Shown here: piece after piece, positions 12,898-33,779 of the stretch | How positions within the stretch are numbered: position 1 is the first letter of the stretch | Layout: each line of letters begins with the position of its first letter | Source of the DNA: the human T2T-CHM13v2.0 reference genome, Homo sapiens | Reading direction: 5' to 3' (one strand) | Assembly (NCBI RefSeq): GCF_009914755.1 | Contig: NC_060942.1 | Length of the DNA stretch: 64,000 bases | The notes under the pieces: generated by a model | Databases searched by the model: none | What the model saw: only the letters and a program-made list of their open reading frames with translations | Told to the model about the DNA's origin: nothing | Position numbers and translations under genes: made by a program

Positions 12898-14064
12898 TTT
12901 TTAAGATTTTAACAAGAAAATGGTAAGCAGTCATGCTAATGCTCTTGAACGCTGAACTAGAAATCAACATAAAGGCAGTTAGTTTTAGCTGCCATGGGTC
13001 ATTTCATCGTGGGAATTTGGGAAAATCATCATGATAATGAGCTATCTTGCCTATGTCACAGAGGCACCTGAGGTAATTGCTTTGGTTTGAGTTCTTTGGA
13101 GGAAACATGAGCTACAGAGTTACAATGAATATTGATAAAAATATTGGATTTTTGTAGTAGTAAACAAACACACATTACCTTTATACATTAGTGAGGTTTC
13201 ACTGTTAACTATATCCAATTATACTACTATAAGGAAACATTTAGGCTATAACAAATTTCAAAGGCATGGACATTATACATAAAAGACTGTTCATGTATTC
13301 AACAAAGCTTCCGGATCTTTGCATCCCACCCATATACAGATTGTACTGTCTGCTCTAAGAATGATTTCTCTGTTCCAGAGTGGGAAGCTTTTTTACCCAT
13401 CAGATAAAGAACAACCTTTCCCTTCCAAGTGCCTTTTCTTTATTACTTCATCACCTCTTTGTATTGCCAAGATGTTCCCAACAGAAAAATCTTTCCTGTT
13501 TACAAGGATCTCGTCATGTGAATATATTTTAAAGTCCTCGATAACCAATTTAACGAAATTATTAAATAACTTTATATTGGCCTCCATTATCCCTTTTAAA
13601 GTTGTATTCAGAAAGGGAAGTTTTTACCTCCCCAGTGTTCCAATTGGAAACTTGGTCATTTCCATAGGGTTTTTGATTGCTTTTAGGTTAAAAAAAAAAA
13701 AAAAAAGTCTTCAAGTGCCTCTCAATTACCCAAGTCTGAAACTATAATGTCATTATCTCACATAAAATTTAAAACTCCAATATGCAACATATCTTGATTT
13801 GTTCAGATATGAAGGGACATTGGTTTACTGCCATAGCTTTATGGGACAACCTAAAGCTGATGTCTGCTTAGGCGACTGAAGCTGGGAGGACACAAATAGG
13901 TAGCTGTTGTCTAAATTTTCTAGTAGAACGACAAACCAGAATGTTTGCTTCTGTCAAGGCACAACACATTCTGGGTCACTAATTCTTATCTCTTGGGAAA
14001 TAGAAAATATGTCCACTGACTCTAGCCCGGTTCTGCATGAACAGATCAGCCCATTTCACTGCTT

Positions 14065-14420
14065 CAGTTAGGATGCATTGATTGAAAGTGCATTGGCTTA
14101 AATAATAAAGAGGATTTATTGAGCCATGTAACTAAAACGTTCAGGGATGGAAGAGAATTCAAGCATGTTCTTACTTCTCTCTGACACTTTTAGATCTTTC
14201 TGTGGCTGTGAGTTGGCTTTGTCCTCAGGTAGCTTTTATCATGAATGATAGCACCACTAGCACCAACGAAGGCTATAGGTTTCCCTGATCATGTCCATAG
14301 AAGAAAATACCTGACAGGGACAATTTTAGGACACGTATTCACCCGTCCATATGGCTGTGAGAGATACAGATTATCCTAATTGGGAAGACTAGTTCCGGGC
14401 CCATTCCAGGTAGTAATTCC
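14065..14420 (-). mobile_element. Old MLT1-type MaLR LTR fragment
   Basis: tcagttaggatgc...tggcttaaataataaagaggatttattgagccatgtaact. Confidence 0.45.
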
Positions 14421-16109
14421 AGCAAAATCTCGTGGCTACATCCCGCAGCAGAGAAGGGAGAGGCAACCTCCTTGCTTGATAATTTTCAATCATGGAGGAA
14501 CTTTGAAAAATAAAGTAAGAAACTGTGTACTAGATTTCCTCAAAGTCCTTAAGAATCTTCTCACAGAAACTCATGTTACCTCTTGTTTAAGAGATCTTCA
14601 CTAACTGATCTTCATTTCCTCATGTACCTGTGGGCACGAAGCTCATATACACACATTTGGCCTACAAGGGCTTGGACTGGAATTTTCTCTGTGGTTTTAT
14701 GATGTTTCTTTGTTCCTTTCAAAAGCACTGCTTTGATCAACATATCACATCCAAAATTCAGAGTTTAATCATGATCTTAAATCGGTTTTATTTACACATA
14801 TCAAATATTTAATGATTGCAATAAAAATCATAAGCAATGAAATCCTTTGGTGATTTCTGCCTGATTATAGTTACTTTAATTTTAATTCATACACTTCTTG
14901 CAAAGGCTCTGGATGTGGCTATAAAGAATTGTTATTTAGATCATACTGCCTGCTAGTTTAAGTAATCTACTTTACTTGACTTAGATTGACTTGGTTTTAA
15001 TTAATTGTCTGGTTTAAATAGGAACTTGAGATAGCCATTATGCCTAGCCCTGATCTCACTTTATGCAAACAAAATTACTATTATGACTTCTAAACACGGC
15101 AATGTAAGCTTTTCCCTTGAGTATTAGAACCTTAAATATATATTCAGATTTCTAGCTAGCTGTTAATTTTAATGATATAAAATATTATTCTTGACTCTTG
15201 CTTCAATGGTATAATTGAAAATAAGGCATTTCTTTAAAATTGTCAGGGCTCTTTTTTTTTTTAATCCTGGTTTCAACAAATTCTCAAAAAATCTTTTTCT
15301 TTGAGAGGGAAATTTGCTTGATTAATGTCCTTTAGACAACCCAGAATGTTATTGGTCTGATTTTTCTGAACTTATTCTTCACAGTGGCTACAACTCAATA
15401 GACAGCACATATTACTGAAGGAAAAAGGGAAAAAAGCTAAGTCCACTAGAGCATTTCTAAGCTACAACCACATACAACAGAGATCAGATGAGTTTAATGT
15501 AGGGAAATGTAATCAGCCACAGTATAGGAAAGTTTAATTTATCATAACCTTAGGGAGAAACAAAATCTAAGTCTAAAGATAATTATAACTGTAAGAGACA
15601 TAAAGAAAAAATTAAAACTAGAAAACAAACAAAATCCATTTTTACAACAAATTATTCCTTAGAAAAAACAATACGTTAAAATTTGTGGCCACCGATATTC
15701 GCTTTCCCCTTGAATGTGACACCACATATTATCAATGAAACTTTGATTCATTTAATCAATTATAATAATATTTTACACCCCAGTTTTGCTTTCGTTTGTG
15801 TTATAATACATTTAAAGAACTCAATCTAGAAATTAGCTTAAAATTAATTTATTATTTTGGTCAATGTTTATTTCCATTGATTCCATATCTTGGTAGGTTA
15901 TTACTAGAGAAATATATGATAATATCAGTGAGAAAGGAAGAGGCAGTGAATTTACTCATGAGATTGAAAAGAATCTTGTGCCTTTAATATTAATATTAAT
16001 AACACACCTGGTTGTGTGATTCAATAGCCTACAAATCACTTATTCAGCTGAAGGTCTGTTCAGTGAATTGTTCCCTGTGCCTGAAATTGTAGTATGTGTT
16101 ACACACACA

Positions 16110-16270
16110 CACCCTTATTTAACCCTCACAAGAACACCCAGGCGATGTTATCCCCTGTATAGACTAGACAATTGAAGATTAAAGATTAACTAATTTTTTC
16201 TCATGATATGTATCTATGGTATGGAGACAGGGTTAAAACTCAAGTATCCTTAATTAAAAAACCCATGAGC
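16110..16270 (-). mobile_element. MIR fragment
   Basis: ttatttaaccctcacaagaac...ttatcccctgtatagactagacaattgaag. Confidence 0.55.
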
Positions 16271-16433
16271 TTTCTATAACAATTTGCTATTTCTTTCCAG
16301 TTATATTATGCCTTAAAAGTAGATTATCAATTCAACTTTTCCAGCCTTAATTTATGCCTAGTCATAGAATCAGATTTTTACTCATCCAGAATAGACTTGT
16401 ATACTAAGGTTAAAATCTGAGAATTGGATTGTG

Positions 16434-16624
16434 TAATATTTCATTGATTATATTATACTCATTTGTTCACATTTAACATCTTTGAAATGAAGATTGTCTT
16501 ATAATGAATGATAAGAAAGTATTTGTCATAGGTTGATTATGATAGTTTAATTTTTCTTTCTTCATGACGTTTAAACTAATGATGTGTTTTCAATGGATGG
16601 CTTTTTATATTTGATGAAATGTGG
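16434..16624. mobile_element. MER104-like TcMar non-autonomous element
   Basis: TIR-like tatttcattgat...ttgatgaaatgtgg; internal tcacatttaacatctttgaaatgaagattgtcttataat. Confidence 0.55.
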
Positions 16625-17324
16625 TTCTTGGCTCTTCAATGAAACTCTGTAAAATTAGGCAAAGCAGAGTAATCCTGTTTATTCCTAGCTTTGCTCCAGG
16701 CTGTCTAACAAACTGGGATGGGAATAGGTACTCTATTTAAAGCAGGGTGGTGTTTGGGAGTTCCATCTCCCATTGCCACTGTCATTCCTTACCCTCCCCC
16801 ATGGCCCAGTTCTAACAATAACATTTCTATTTCTTCTTTAAATCTGCCTTTGGAAAATTTTTAAATGATGTTAATTTTATTATGATCTCAAGTTATTTAT
16901 ATTCCCTTCCTCCTACCTTTTTTTCAGTTAACCAAAAGTTCAGTCTTTTTTTATTAAGGCTTTTTCCATAATTCCTTTAAAATTGAAATAAAAATGGAAC
17001 ATTCTTTGTCTATGTTCTTTACATAAATATATATGTAGAAGTTTGAGTGATTAAAATATAAACTGTCTGTTCTTGTTGCTTCCTTGTTATTGTCCATTTC
17101 TATATAAAGATATCAGAAATATTCCATTATGTAAATCCCCACTGTTACTGAAAGGCTTAACAAGATATTAAAATCAATGCAATTTTTATTGCTATGTAAA
17201 ACAGTATCCATTTTGAAACCTTAACAGAGCCCTACCCATCTCCTTTATGGCTTCTAAAAAATATTTACCAATGCCTCCAGGAGAAACTGATCTCTCTTCC
17301 TTAGGATATCTTTATAGGTTATGT

Positions 17325-18160
17325 TGTAAGGTTTCCTCTTATATAAAATGGGAGGTAATGATATTACCTACATGTATCACTTATAAGACAAAGTTGCTAA
17401 TACATATGAAGCTTATAATAAATGTCTGGCACCTCAGTGCTCATAAATATTTGCCATTATTAGAAGCCACTTGATATATATCATAAACTGCCATTTTAGT
17501 TTCTTTTTTGGGTATTTTACAGATTATAAATTCCTAGAAGACAGATTATGTTGTTTGCATTTTAGAAACCCTTTTAATGCCTAAAATTTTGCCTTACATA
17601 TTCTGAAAATCTCATTTGTTTAGTTGATGAACAAACTTCCCATTTGTGCCCACCCTAATTGGATCTGTAACCATTACCCAATAAGTGTGGGAACCAGGGT
17701 GCATTGATCTCCCTATTTAAGTTGGGTATAGTGGAAAGAACATAGGTTTTGGACCCACACAGGCCTAAATTTAAATCCCAACTGCCTTTTACTTTGACAT
17801 TGGGAGTCACTTGGTACTCTTTGAGCCCCCATTTCTGCTTCTGCAAAAAGTAAGTAACACTTACTGTATGTGGTTTTGGTGAAAATTAAATTACATAATG
17901 TATGTAAAAAATCTAGAACAATGCCTGAGATATACTAGACTTTCCATAAGTATTAACTATTGGTAATTATTATTGTTGCCATTGTAAATGTTATTATTCC
18001 TGTGGCCCATTATTTAATAGCATTACATCTCAATTTTTCCATCTATAAATGGGACCAACATTGATTTATGCATATGAGTAAAAAGTGGATTAAATTATAT
18101 ATATGAAGCCTTACGTAAGCATCTTCACAGTGTAGGTGCTCCATAAATGATTTTATCCTT
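17325..18160 (+). mobile_element. Cluster of MIR fragments (~17325-17460, 17720-17975, 18030-18160)
   Basis: Repeated MIR core gtttcctc(a)tctgtaaaatggg and 3' part tggcacatagtaagtgctcaataaat, all degenerate. Confidence 0.65.
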
Positions 18161-18796
18161 TATTCCTCCCACCCTTTTTTTTACATCTCATTCCTTGATA
18201 TAACAAAGGAGTAATTTCCTTGTTCTTTCAAAAGAGATATTTCCAAAAGTTCTCCAATTCTTGAGTGTGTTGTGCTGTTGTGGAAACTTTAGCAAAATGA
18301 AACTTAAGGATTTTGGGTCTTTAGGTTAGAAAAGTTATGGGGACATTGGGAGTAACCTTCACCCGTCTCCCATCACCATTACCATGCAGTATTCTTTAAT
18401 TTCCCATGGGCATCTCCAGTCTTATATTTTCAATGGTACAGCAAGACCTAGTCTTTCAGCTCTTACAAATAGTATTCCCGAAGAGTCTTATCCCATTACA
18501 CAGTTTCTGTATTTGTTACCCAAGGGTTTTTCAGAATTGTGGTTTCTTTGTCTGAACAAAGTGAAAAGATCCTAAAACAAAAACAGAAACAGAGTGATGG
18601 GGCCAGATTCCCTTAACCTCCTGAAGAGAAGTTCAGGAAAAGTCCTGGGTGCTGTGTTTCTATAATATTCCACAAATAAAATGAGAAATCTTGTGAAGTT
18701 CTGTAGACTTGCATGTAGGCAAGTTATATGGAATGTAATTTTATAGTGATGGTGTAATTTGTCAATAAATTTTTATTATTTTCTCTTTATTAAAAG

Positions 18797-18923
18797 ATCA
18801 GGATTCAGAGCACAAGTGTCATGCCTGCCAATTTCACCATGAAGCAGTTAGCAATACTGAAAGTCCAATTACTTTTGTGCTTATTTCTTTACTGATTGGT
18901 ATCATGGCAACTTCAGAAGACGT
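18797..18923 (+). other. Candidate 127-nt exon in non-repeat DNA
   Basis: Acceptor ttttctctttattaaaag| and donor CGT|gtaagc; one frame open; no protein recognised. Confidence 0.3.
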
Positions 18924-19605
18924 GTAAGCACTGGGGTACCTGTAAATTGACTGGGGCTGGTAGCAGTTGATCGCATTCAGGAACAGGTTTGTGGAAGTGT
19001 CCATCAAAGACTATGTGTCAGGACCATTGAAAACTTTTGATGTTTTACATCCCACACTTGTCCTAAGAACCACAATGTATGACACACATACACAGTAACA
19101 GCTCTAACTGGGACCATAACACCAGTAAATTTCTTTTCTGTTCTCTGCTTTAGAGAGAAAGAATCAAGGCACAATGAAATAAGCCAATATCTGGTCAGTT
19201 TAGATTCAGTGTTCAATATACTGCAGCTTATTACCTCAACAACAATTCATAGTGGCCCTGAAGCACTGCAGAGTCATCAATCATAAAAGAAATATTAAAT
19301 TAGCTTTAGTACTTAGCAAGGCTGTGAAGTGGACTAATACATTTTGCAAAGATCTTTTCCAGCCACTTAGGTTGAAACAAAACAATTTTTTTCTATTTAA
19401 ATTACCAGTTATCCAGAAAATTCTATTTATGAGAAGTTACCAGAGGTTCCCTTACCTAAAACACCATCTAAAATGGGTCCTGTTGAGATTTGTATTAGCT
19501 GGTATAATATACATTGTAAAATGTAAAGAACATGCCCAAGATGGGCTCACCTTGAAGCATTCATTATGATGCCTCTAAGTCACAATTGGACACTTAAGAG
19601 AAAGT

Positions 19606-19849
19606 AGATCACCTGAGGTCAGGAGTTCAAGACCAGCCTGGCCAACACAGTGAAACCCCATCTCTACTAAAAATACAAAAAATTTAGCCAGGCATTGTGG
19701 TGCGCACCTGTAATCCCAGCTACTCAGGAGGCTGACGAAGGAAAATCGCTTGAACCCAGGAGGCAGAGGTTGCAGTGAGTCGAGATCTCACCATTGCACT
19801 CCAGCTTGGGCATCAAAGCGAGACTCCATTTCAAAAAAAAAAAAAAAAA
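19606..19849 (+). mobile_element. 5'-truncated AluS
   Basis: Begins agatcacctgaggtcaggagttc; complete right arm and A-tail. Confidence 0.92.
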
Positions 19850-20995
19850 GAATGTCAAATATCCAAATCCTACATCAATGATGCTAATGTCAGAGTAAAG
19901 GACATCATTAGAGAAAAAGGTAACCCCAGACCCCCTTGAACCCTTGCAGAGAGACTATAATTAACCACTCCCAAGTCTCCCAACCTTGCATTTGCAGTTC
20001 CTGGCTTCAGTGGATGTGCCTACTATTTATCTTCATTACTGGCCAGCAACATTAATAAAAATCAGCTTAAGATCTGAGCATGGAATTACTTCTTATAGAT
20101 TCCAATTTAATTTAGAAATGCCTACATTGAAGGAAGCATCCTTTGTTTGTCTTTGAGAAATGAGTTGGTTTTTCTGTGATACCCAGCTACAGCAATAAAC
20201 AAAGATGATGCAGATGGGAAGGTCCACAGCCACTTCTTCCACTGATTACCTCCAGACATTAATTTTCAATCTAATTGCTTTGGTTGGCACTTTCACCTCA
20301 GTGGTACTTACATATGCCTACAGATCTGTTTGATCACAACTCTTGGGTGTTGAATTATTTAATACCCAATCAGTATTAGAAATGTCCCTCATACCCTATC
20401 TAGAATTTCTTGAAAGAAATAAATATAATGTGATATTTAATAAAATGAAACTTTAAATGACAGACCTTTTTAATAGTTTACCATCTTTGCAATCCTGAAT
20501 TGTTTTGTTTATGAAACAATTGCTTTAGTAAGATCAGAATCACAAAACTCTTCCACATTTCATTGAATTCAAAAAGTATTAGTACATATTATGCATAAAA
20601 TATGATAAAAATATATTTGTTTCATCATAAAAGTTATGGCATTGCAAATTTTTTTTCCTATTTAGCCTCATTCTTATGATTCTTAAATTCTTAACTGTTA
20701 TTTTATACATTTTTAAAACAATGCACACCAGTGTTTAAAAAATAAATGCATAATTTCAACTAAGACTGAATATATAACACTGGTTAGCTCTTTCAGCATT
20801 GTGCAGGCATGGGTTTCAGGCTGCTCTGCAGTTTAAATATATCAAATTACATGAGCATCTTAACTGTGCAGATGCCATCTTCTTAGCTTCTTTATTCTCC
20901 CCTCAAACTATTTAATGTTGCTTTAATGGTAACATCAATTGTTAGTTTTAACTTCTGTATTTAATTGTGACATGACACATATCCACTCAATGTTT

Positions 20996-28142
<7,147 letters not shown>

Positions 28143-29198
28143 CTCAATGTTTTTTCAAAAGAGGAAATCATACAATCTTAGTTGCTGGGCGAGTTCTTAT
28201 GAATCAACTTGAAATCACCTTTTTCCACTTTCATAATAACTTATTTTAATTGACATGTCAACTATGATTAGATATTAACTATCTTTTTCTAGTTAAAATT
28301 TTGTTAGCTTTCAAACAACAATTCCAACTCTAGTATACATACCCACTTTTAATGTATATAACTCTAATATATATATGCATACATATACACACATTAAACC
28401 AGATCTAACATATATTTAGATATGTTGAGAAAGCCACATTTTTTCAGATCTCTAAGTGACCATTATTTACACAAATATGACCAGTGCTCACACTTATCAA
28501 GGCCAATGCAATAATATTATTAAGGTGATTGTTTCAAAGAGAAATTAAATGGAGAATTATTTGTTGAATACTGTCAGATAAACAGTTGTCTTTTTTTACA
28601 TGTTATTATTTCAGCCTGACCCAAATAATTTTTCTACTTTTCATTCTACCATGCTGGCAAACAGCTTCATATATCAACCATTTCTGCTTTGGTGGTCCTT
28701 TGAGAATGGTATCTTAATGTTTATTTAAGTGCAATAAATAAACTTGACATTTATAGGAATAAAGGAAATTGATATAAGTTAGGCTGGAAAATCCAGCCAC
28801 TTGCCCAACTACAACTCAAGGGATAGTTCTGTTAAAGGAAGAAAAGAAGAATAGAATTTAACAGACAACTGCTGTTGCCCAAGTCCACAGCTGTGGCCCA
28901 ATCTGTGTTGTGCATCCTTCTTCTCACAGAAGTCACACTAACCTGAACCCCAAGCAAGAAAGACCAAAGTCCCATGGAGTTACTGTATCCGACCCGAAGT
29001 GCAGGATCTGTGAGTCATGTGCTGTGCATTCCACCATGTTCACAAGTGGGTCCTTGATGTCCAGTGATCTATAAGAAAATCATTTTTTGACCTCTTGGGC
29101 CACATTCAATAAAGAACAGTCAAATATGATTGAAATAGTCTCAATAAATTTTTTTATTTGGCAAATGGAAGATGGGGAAAGACACAGAAGTCACTGGT

Positions 29199-29554
29199 TG
29201 ATATTGTTAGGCTTTGTGTTTCCAACCAAATCTCATCTTCCCCACTTGTTGAGAGACAGGTGGGAGGTGATGAGATGATGAAGGCAGTGTCCCCCATGCT
29301 GTTCTTGTAATACTAAGTGAGTTCTCATGAGATATGATGTTTTTATAAATGTCTGATTGCTCCTCCTTCACACACTCACTCTCTCTCACCTGCTGCCATG
29401 TAAGAAAGATGTGCCTGTTCCCCTTTCACCATGATTGTAAGTTTCCTGAGGCCTCACCAGCCATGTGGGACTGTGAGTTAATTAAACCTATTTTATTTAT
29501 AAATTATCCAGTCTTGGGCAGTTCTTTATAGCAGTGTGAGAATGGATTAATACA
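29199..29554 (+). mobile_element. THE1D-like solo LTR
   Basis: tgatattgttaggctttgtg...gagaatggattaataca; perfect 5-bp TSD ctggt. Confidence 0.88.
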
Positions 29555-29635
29555 CTGGTCTATTGCAATAGTGGAGTTCTGTAGGTCAGACATTGTAAAG
29601 ATTTTGTTGTGACCATGTAGAAAATTCCTTGTTCT

Positions 29636-29869
29636 AATGAGAATACATGGACACAGGAAGGGGAACATCACACTCTGGGGACTGTTGTGGGGTGGGGGGA
29701 GGGGGGAGGGGGGAGGGATAGCTTCAGGAGATATACCTAATGCTAAATGACGAGTTAATGGGTGCAGCACACCAGCATGGCACATGTATACATATGTATC
29801 TAACCTGCACATTGTGCACATGTACCCTAAAACTTAAAGTATAATAATAATAAAATTTAAAAAAAAAAA
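29636..29869 (+). mobile_element. Short L1PA3 3' end insertion
   Basis: 3'UTR with tgctaaatgacgagttaatgggtgcagcacacc; perfect 17-bp TSD agaaaattccttgttct at 29619-29635 and 29870-29886. Confidence 0.93.
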
Positions 29870-31247
29870 AGAAAATTCCTTGTTCTTACCCTGGATCCAC
29901 TCTCTGAGGAATTGCCTTGTTTATTATTCTCTTTGACTCCCAGGTTTGTTTTTGGGAGATTTTTCTTACCAAGATTTTGAGGTACTTTCATTGCTAAAGA
30001 AGAGAAGCCACAAGCATGTGTGGCCAAAGTGTTAGGGGGTGATTTATTGACCCCTAAGTCATTCACCAGGGCTCCTAGCCTCTGCCCCTAGGGAAGCAGG
30101 CTGTGATACTGACTTGGGCCCAGAAAGACATGCTCTTTAGTACTGACTTGTCTCCAACATACAGGCTTTTAGTGAAGTGCTTCCAGTTAGTTTAATTTGA
30201 GAATAACACGGTCAAAAATTCTTCCTATCTAGGTTTCTTGGTATATAGACTCTCATTTATTCATCGGTTGCTGTTCTTGACCATCTCTGTTTTCCTTAAT
30301 TTAACCCTCGCTACTTTGAGGACATTTGAAACTTTAGGCATTGGTGAGAAGACAACTCTTAAACTGCTTTTGCCCCTGACTGGCTCACATTTGAAACCAC
30401 TCAGCAAATTGACAGAGAACTCCCCCTAGCCAAAGTTCCTTTCTTTGGTTCTCTGCTTGGGAAACGTGAAGCTGTTATTATCTACTTCTCTCTTTTTCAG
30501 CACTTGTTACATGGCATAGACAGTGAACAGCATGCACCAATACCCAGACATTGTTAAACTATGTTGCTAGGGCCATGGCCTTAGTGTATCAGGCCTATCT
30601 TCTAAGTTTTCAATGTAATAGTTTTGCAAATTTTCATTATAGCATGACCATAATGAAGTCACCAGCTTCCTGCCCACACTATTACACTGTTGCCATATAT
30701 TTTGTTTTATTTAGGGAAGTGCCAAATATCCAGTATCAATTTTCATGATGGAGAATAGACCAAGATGCTCTAATAGAGACTAAAGGTCTCAAATGAGATG
30801 GGACAAATATTTATCTTACGTACTGGTTCATGCACAGGAGGGCATAAAAGCAGATAGGGAGCTCTGCCCCTTAAGATCACCCAGGAACCCATCCCTGCAT
30901 GTAGTTTCCATTTCTCTGTTTGCCATCAGAAAGGGTAAAAGGAAAGAGCAACTTTGAAATAGAAATATGCCCTGGAAGTTGGTCAAGTTGGTTTGCACTA
31001 TTAAAAAGTCAACAATTGATTCTTAACTTTTCTAATTTGTACACTCTGGACTTAATACGTTACTTTTAATAATTAAATCTGGGCCATAAAATAATGAGCT
31101 ATATAATTATTTAAATATTTTGGGATATATTTACATAAAACATTTATCTAACTTTATGACTTTATTACTGTCTATTTTCAAATGAACTTTCAGGGAAGAA
31201 TATATGGAATAAGAGAAAAAATACCAGGTAAATGTTATTCTGTAGCT

Positions 31248-31305
31248 ATGTGTGTATATATATGTGTGTGTGTGTGTGTGTGTATATATGTGTGTATATA
31301 TATAT
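31248..31305. repeat. Compound (TG)n/(TA)n microsatellite
   Basis: Seen directly. Confidence 0.9.
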
Positions 31306-31449
31306 TTAATTTAAAAAATTGCTAGAAGTTTTCCTTATTAACCTGAACTCATCATAATGATCTGTAATATGAAATACATTAAAGATATCAACAAATGATG
31401 TTGAAAAAATGCAAAAAATGAACTTCAATCTTTTTTTATTACAAAATAA

Positions 31450-32500
31450 ACTAAAAATTTCTAGCTATAACACCAAAAGTGCAAGCTGTGAAAGAAAACA
31501 AAATTGATAAATTAGGCTTCATTAAAACTAAAAATATCTGTTTTTTAAAGACACTTAAGATGAAAAGAAAAGCCACAGATTGGCAGAAAATATTTGCAAG
31601 ACATATAACTGACAAAGGGTTTCTATAAAGAATAGATAAATAACTCTTAAAACTCAATAATAAGGAAAGATGGGTAGAACTTTATTCAGACACAAAGAAG
31701 ACAATGGGTGGCAGACAAACACATAAAGGGATGGCATAAAGAGATGCTCATTAGCCATTAGGGGACTGCAAACGAAAACCACAATGAGATGACATTACAT
31801 CCCTATTAGAATCTCTAAGGATTCACCATACCAAATGTTAGTGACGATGTCAGAGCAATTGGATCTCTCATACACTGCTGGTGGGAGTGTACAATGGTAC
31901 AAGCATTTTGGAAAAAGGCTTTGCAGTTTCTTAAGAAGCTAATCATACACCTTTCATATGTTTTTGCCATGTCTTTGCTATGTAGTAACCAAAGTTTTTA
32001 AAAAACACATATGAACATAAGGATTTGTACAAGGATGCTCATAGCAGCTTTATTTTTATTACACTAAAATTAGAAACAAAATGTTTATCAACAAGTGGAT
32101 GCATAAGCAAATTGTGGCATATCCATACAATGAAATAATATTTAGCAATTTGAAAGGTGGATGTGCAATAACATGGACACACTTCACATTGATTAAGCTG
32201 AATGAAAAATGCTAGGAAAAAAGCCCTTACTGTATGATTTCATTTATATAAAACTCCAGAAAATGCAAAAAAATCTATGATGATAGCAGATCAATGATAA
32301 TGAGGGGATAAAGAAGAGTGGTGGGAAGGAAGGATTTCAAGGAAAGTGTGGAAACTTTGGGGTATGATAGATATATTCATTTATTTGATTATGGTGATGA
32401 TTTTATGGCTGTATACATAGGTCAAAGCTTATAAAATTGTGTACTTTAGACATGTAGTCTTTTATGGTATTTATTATTCTATGATAAAACTGTTAAAATT
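31450..32500 (+). mobile_element. Old L1M (L1MC/MD-like) ORF2 3' region and 3' end
   Basis: aagccacagattggcagaaaatatttgcaa...cactgctggtgggagtgtacaatggtac...; highly diverged. Confidence 0.75.
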
Positions 32501-32507
32501 AAACATA

Positions 32508-33779
32508 TTAGGTTGGTGCAAAAGTAATTGCAGTTTTGGACTGTGAATTTTAAATCATTATAACTAGGCTCAAACACACCTTTATTAATCAAAATCAAAA
32601 TAGGAGCCATTACAATCAACACATTTTTGCCAACAAGAAATAAGTTTCTTTATCGCGGTAGGGTAAAAATCTGTGCCTCAGGATTCGACGAATACTCAGA
32701 AAGCATTTTCTGTATCCTGCTCGTTGTGGAAGTGTTTGCCCTGCAAAAAGTTGTCGAGATGCTTGAAGAAGTGGTAGTTAGTTGGCAAGAAGTTAGGTGG
32801 ATATGGCAAATGAGGCAAAACTTCGTAGCCCAATTCATTCAACTTTTGAAGCATTGGTTGCTTGACGTGTGGTCAGGCTTTGTGAAGAATTGGGCCCTTT
32901 CTGTTGACCAATGCCAGCTGCAGGCATTGCAGTTTTCAGTGCATCTCATTGATTTGCTGAGCATACTTCTCAGATGTAATAGTTTCTCCAGGATTCAGAA
33001 AGCTGTAGTGGATCAGACTAGCAGCAGACTACCAAAAAGTGACTGTGACTTTTTTTTTGATGCAAGTTTGGCTTTGGGAAGGGCTTTGGAGCTTCTTCTT
33101 GGTCTAACAACTGAGCGGGTTGTCATATAAAATCCACTTTTCATGGCATGTCACAATCCAATTGAGAAATGGTTCATTATTGTTGCATAGAATAAGAGAA
33201 GACGACACTTCAAAAAGAAGATTTTTTTGGATTCTCCCTCAGCTCATAAGGCACCCACTTATTGAGCTTTTTCACCTTTCCAATTTGCTTCAAATGGCGA
33301 ACTACTGTAGAATGGTCAACATTGACTTCTTCGGCAACTGCTCATGTAGTTGTAAGAGGATCAGCTTTGATGATTGCTCTCAATTGGTCGTTGTCAACTT
33401 CCGATGGCTGGCTATTATGCTCCTCATCTTCAAGGCTTTTGTCTCCTTTGCAAAACTTCTTGAATGACCACTGCACTGTACATTCGTTAGCAGTTCCTGG
33501 GCCAAACACGTTGTTGATATTGTGAGTTGTCTCCGCTGCTTTATGACCCATTTTGAACACCAATCACTCGAATTTGCTTTTTGTCTAACATTATTTCCAT
33601 ACTGTAAAATAAACACAAAATAAATAGCAAATAACAAGTCATTATCAAAAAAGCCATAAAGTGAGAAATATGTATTAAAATGATTTATAATATAACCACA
33701 TTTATTTAAGAATGTATTCCAATATCAAATGGCAAATTTCAACAATGCAAAAACCGCAATTATGTTTGCACCAACCTAA
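32508..33779 (-). mobile_element. Full-length Hsmar1 mariner transposon
   Basis: TIRs ttaggttggtgcaaaagtaattgc / gcaattatgtttgcaccaacctaa; TA on both flanks; 1272 bp. Confidence 0.96.
32585..33600 (-). pseudogene. Hsmar1 transposase pseudogene (SETMAR MAR-domain homologue)
   Basis: MEIMLDKKQIR, then frameshift; FKMGHKAAETTHNINNVFGPGTANECTVQWSFKKFCKGDKSLEDEE...DNDQLRAIIKADPLTTT followed by a stop. Confidence 0.93.

Noticed and set aside
11126-12905. Similar attgt..atttgatttgattttt motifs at ~11126 and ~12881, a possible large TSD
   Set aside because: Low-complexity (TTTGA)n, and the second copy is partly normal L1 sequence.
13319-13747. 142-aa + ORF and overlapping 64-aa - ORF in apparently unique DNA
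   Set aside because: The long ORF starts at TTG and runs through a poly-A tract; no domain recognised in either; no convincing exon structure.
32627-33525. 167-, 115- and 87-aa + strand ORFs
   Set aside because: Antisense shadow frames of the Hsmar1 transposase.
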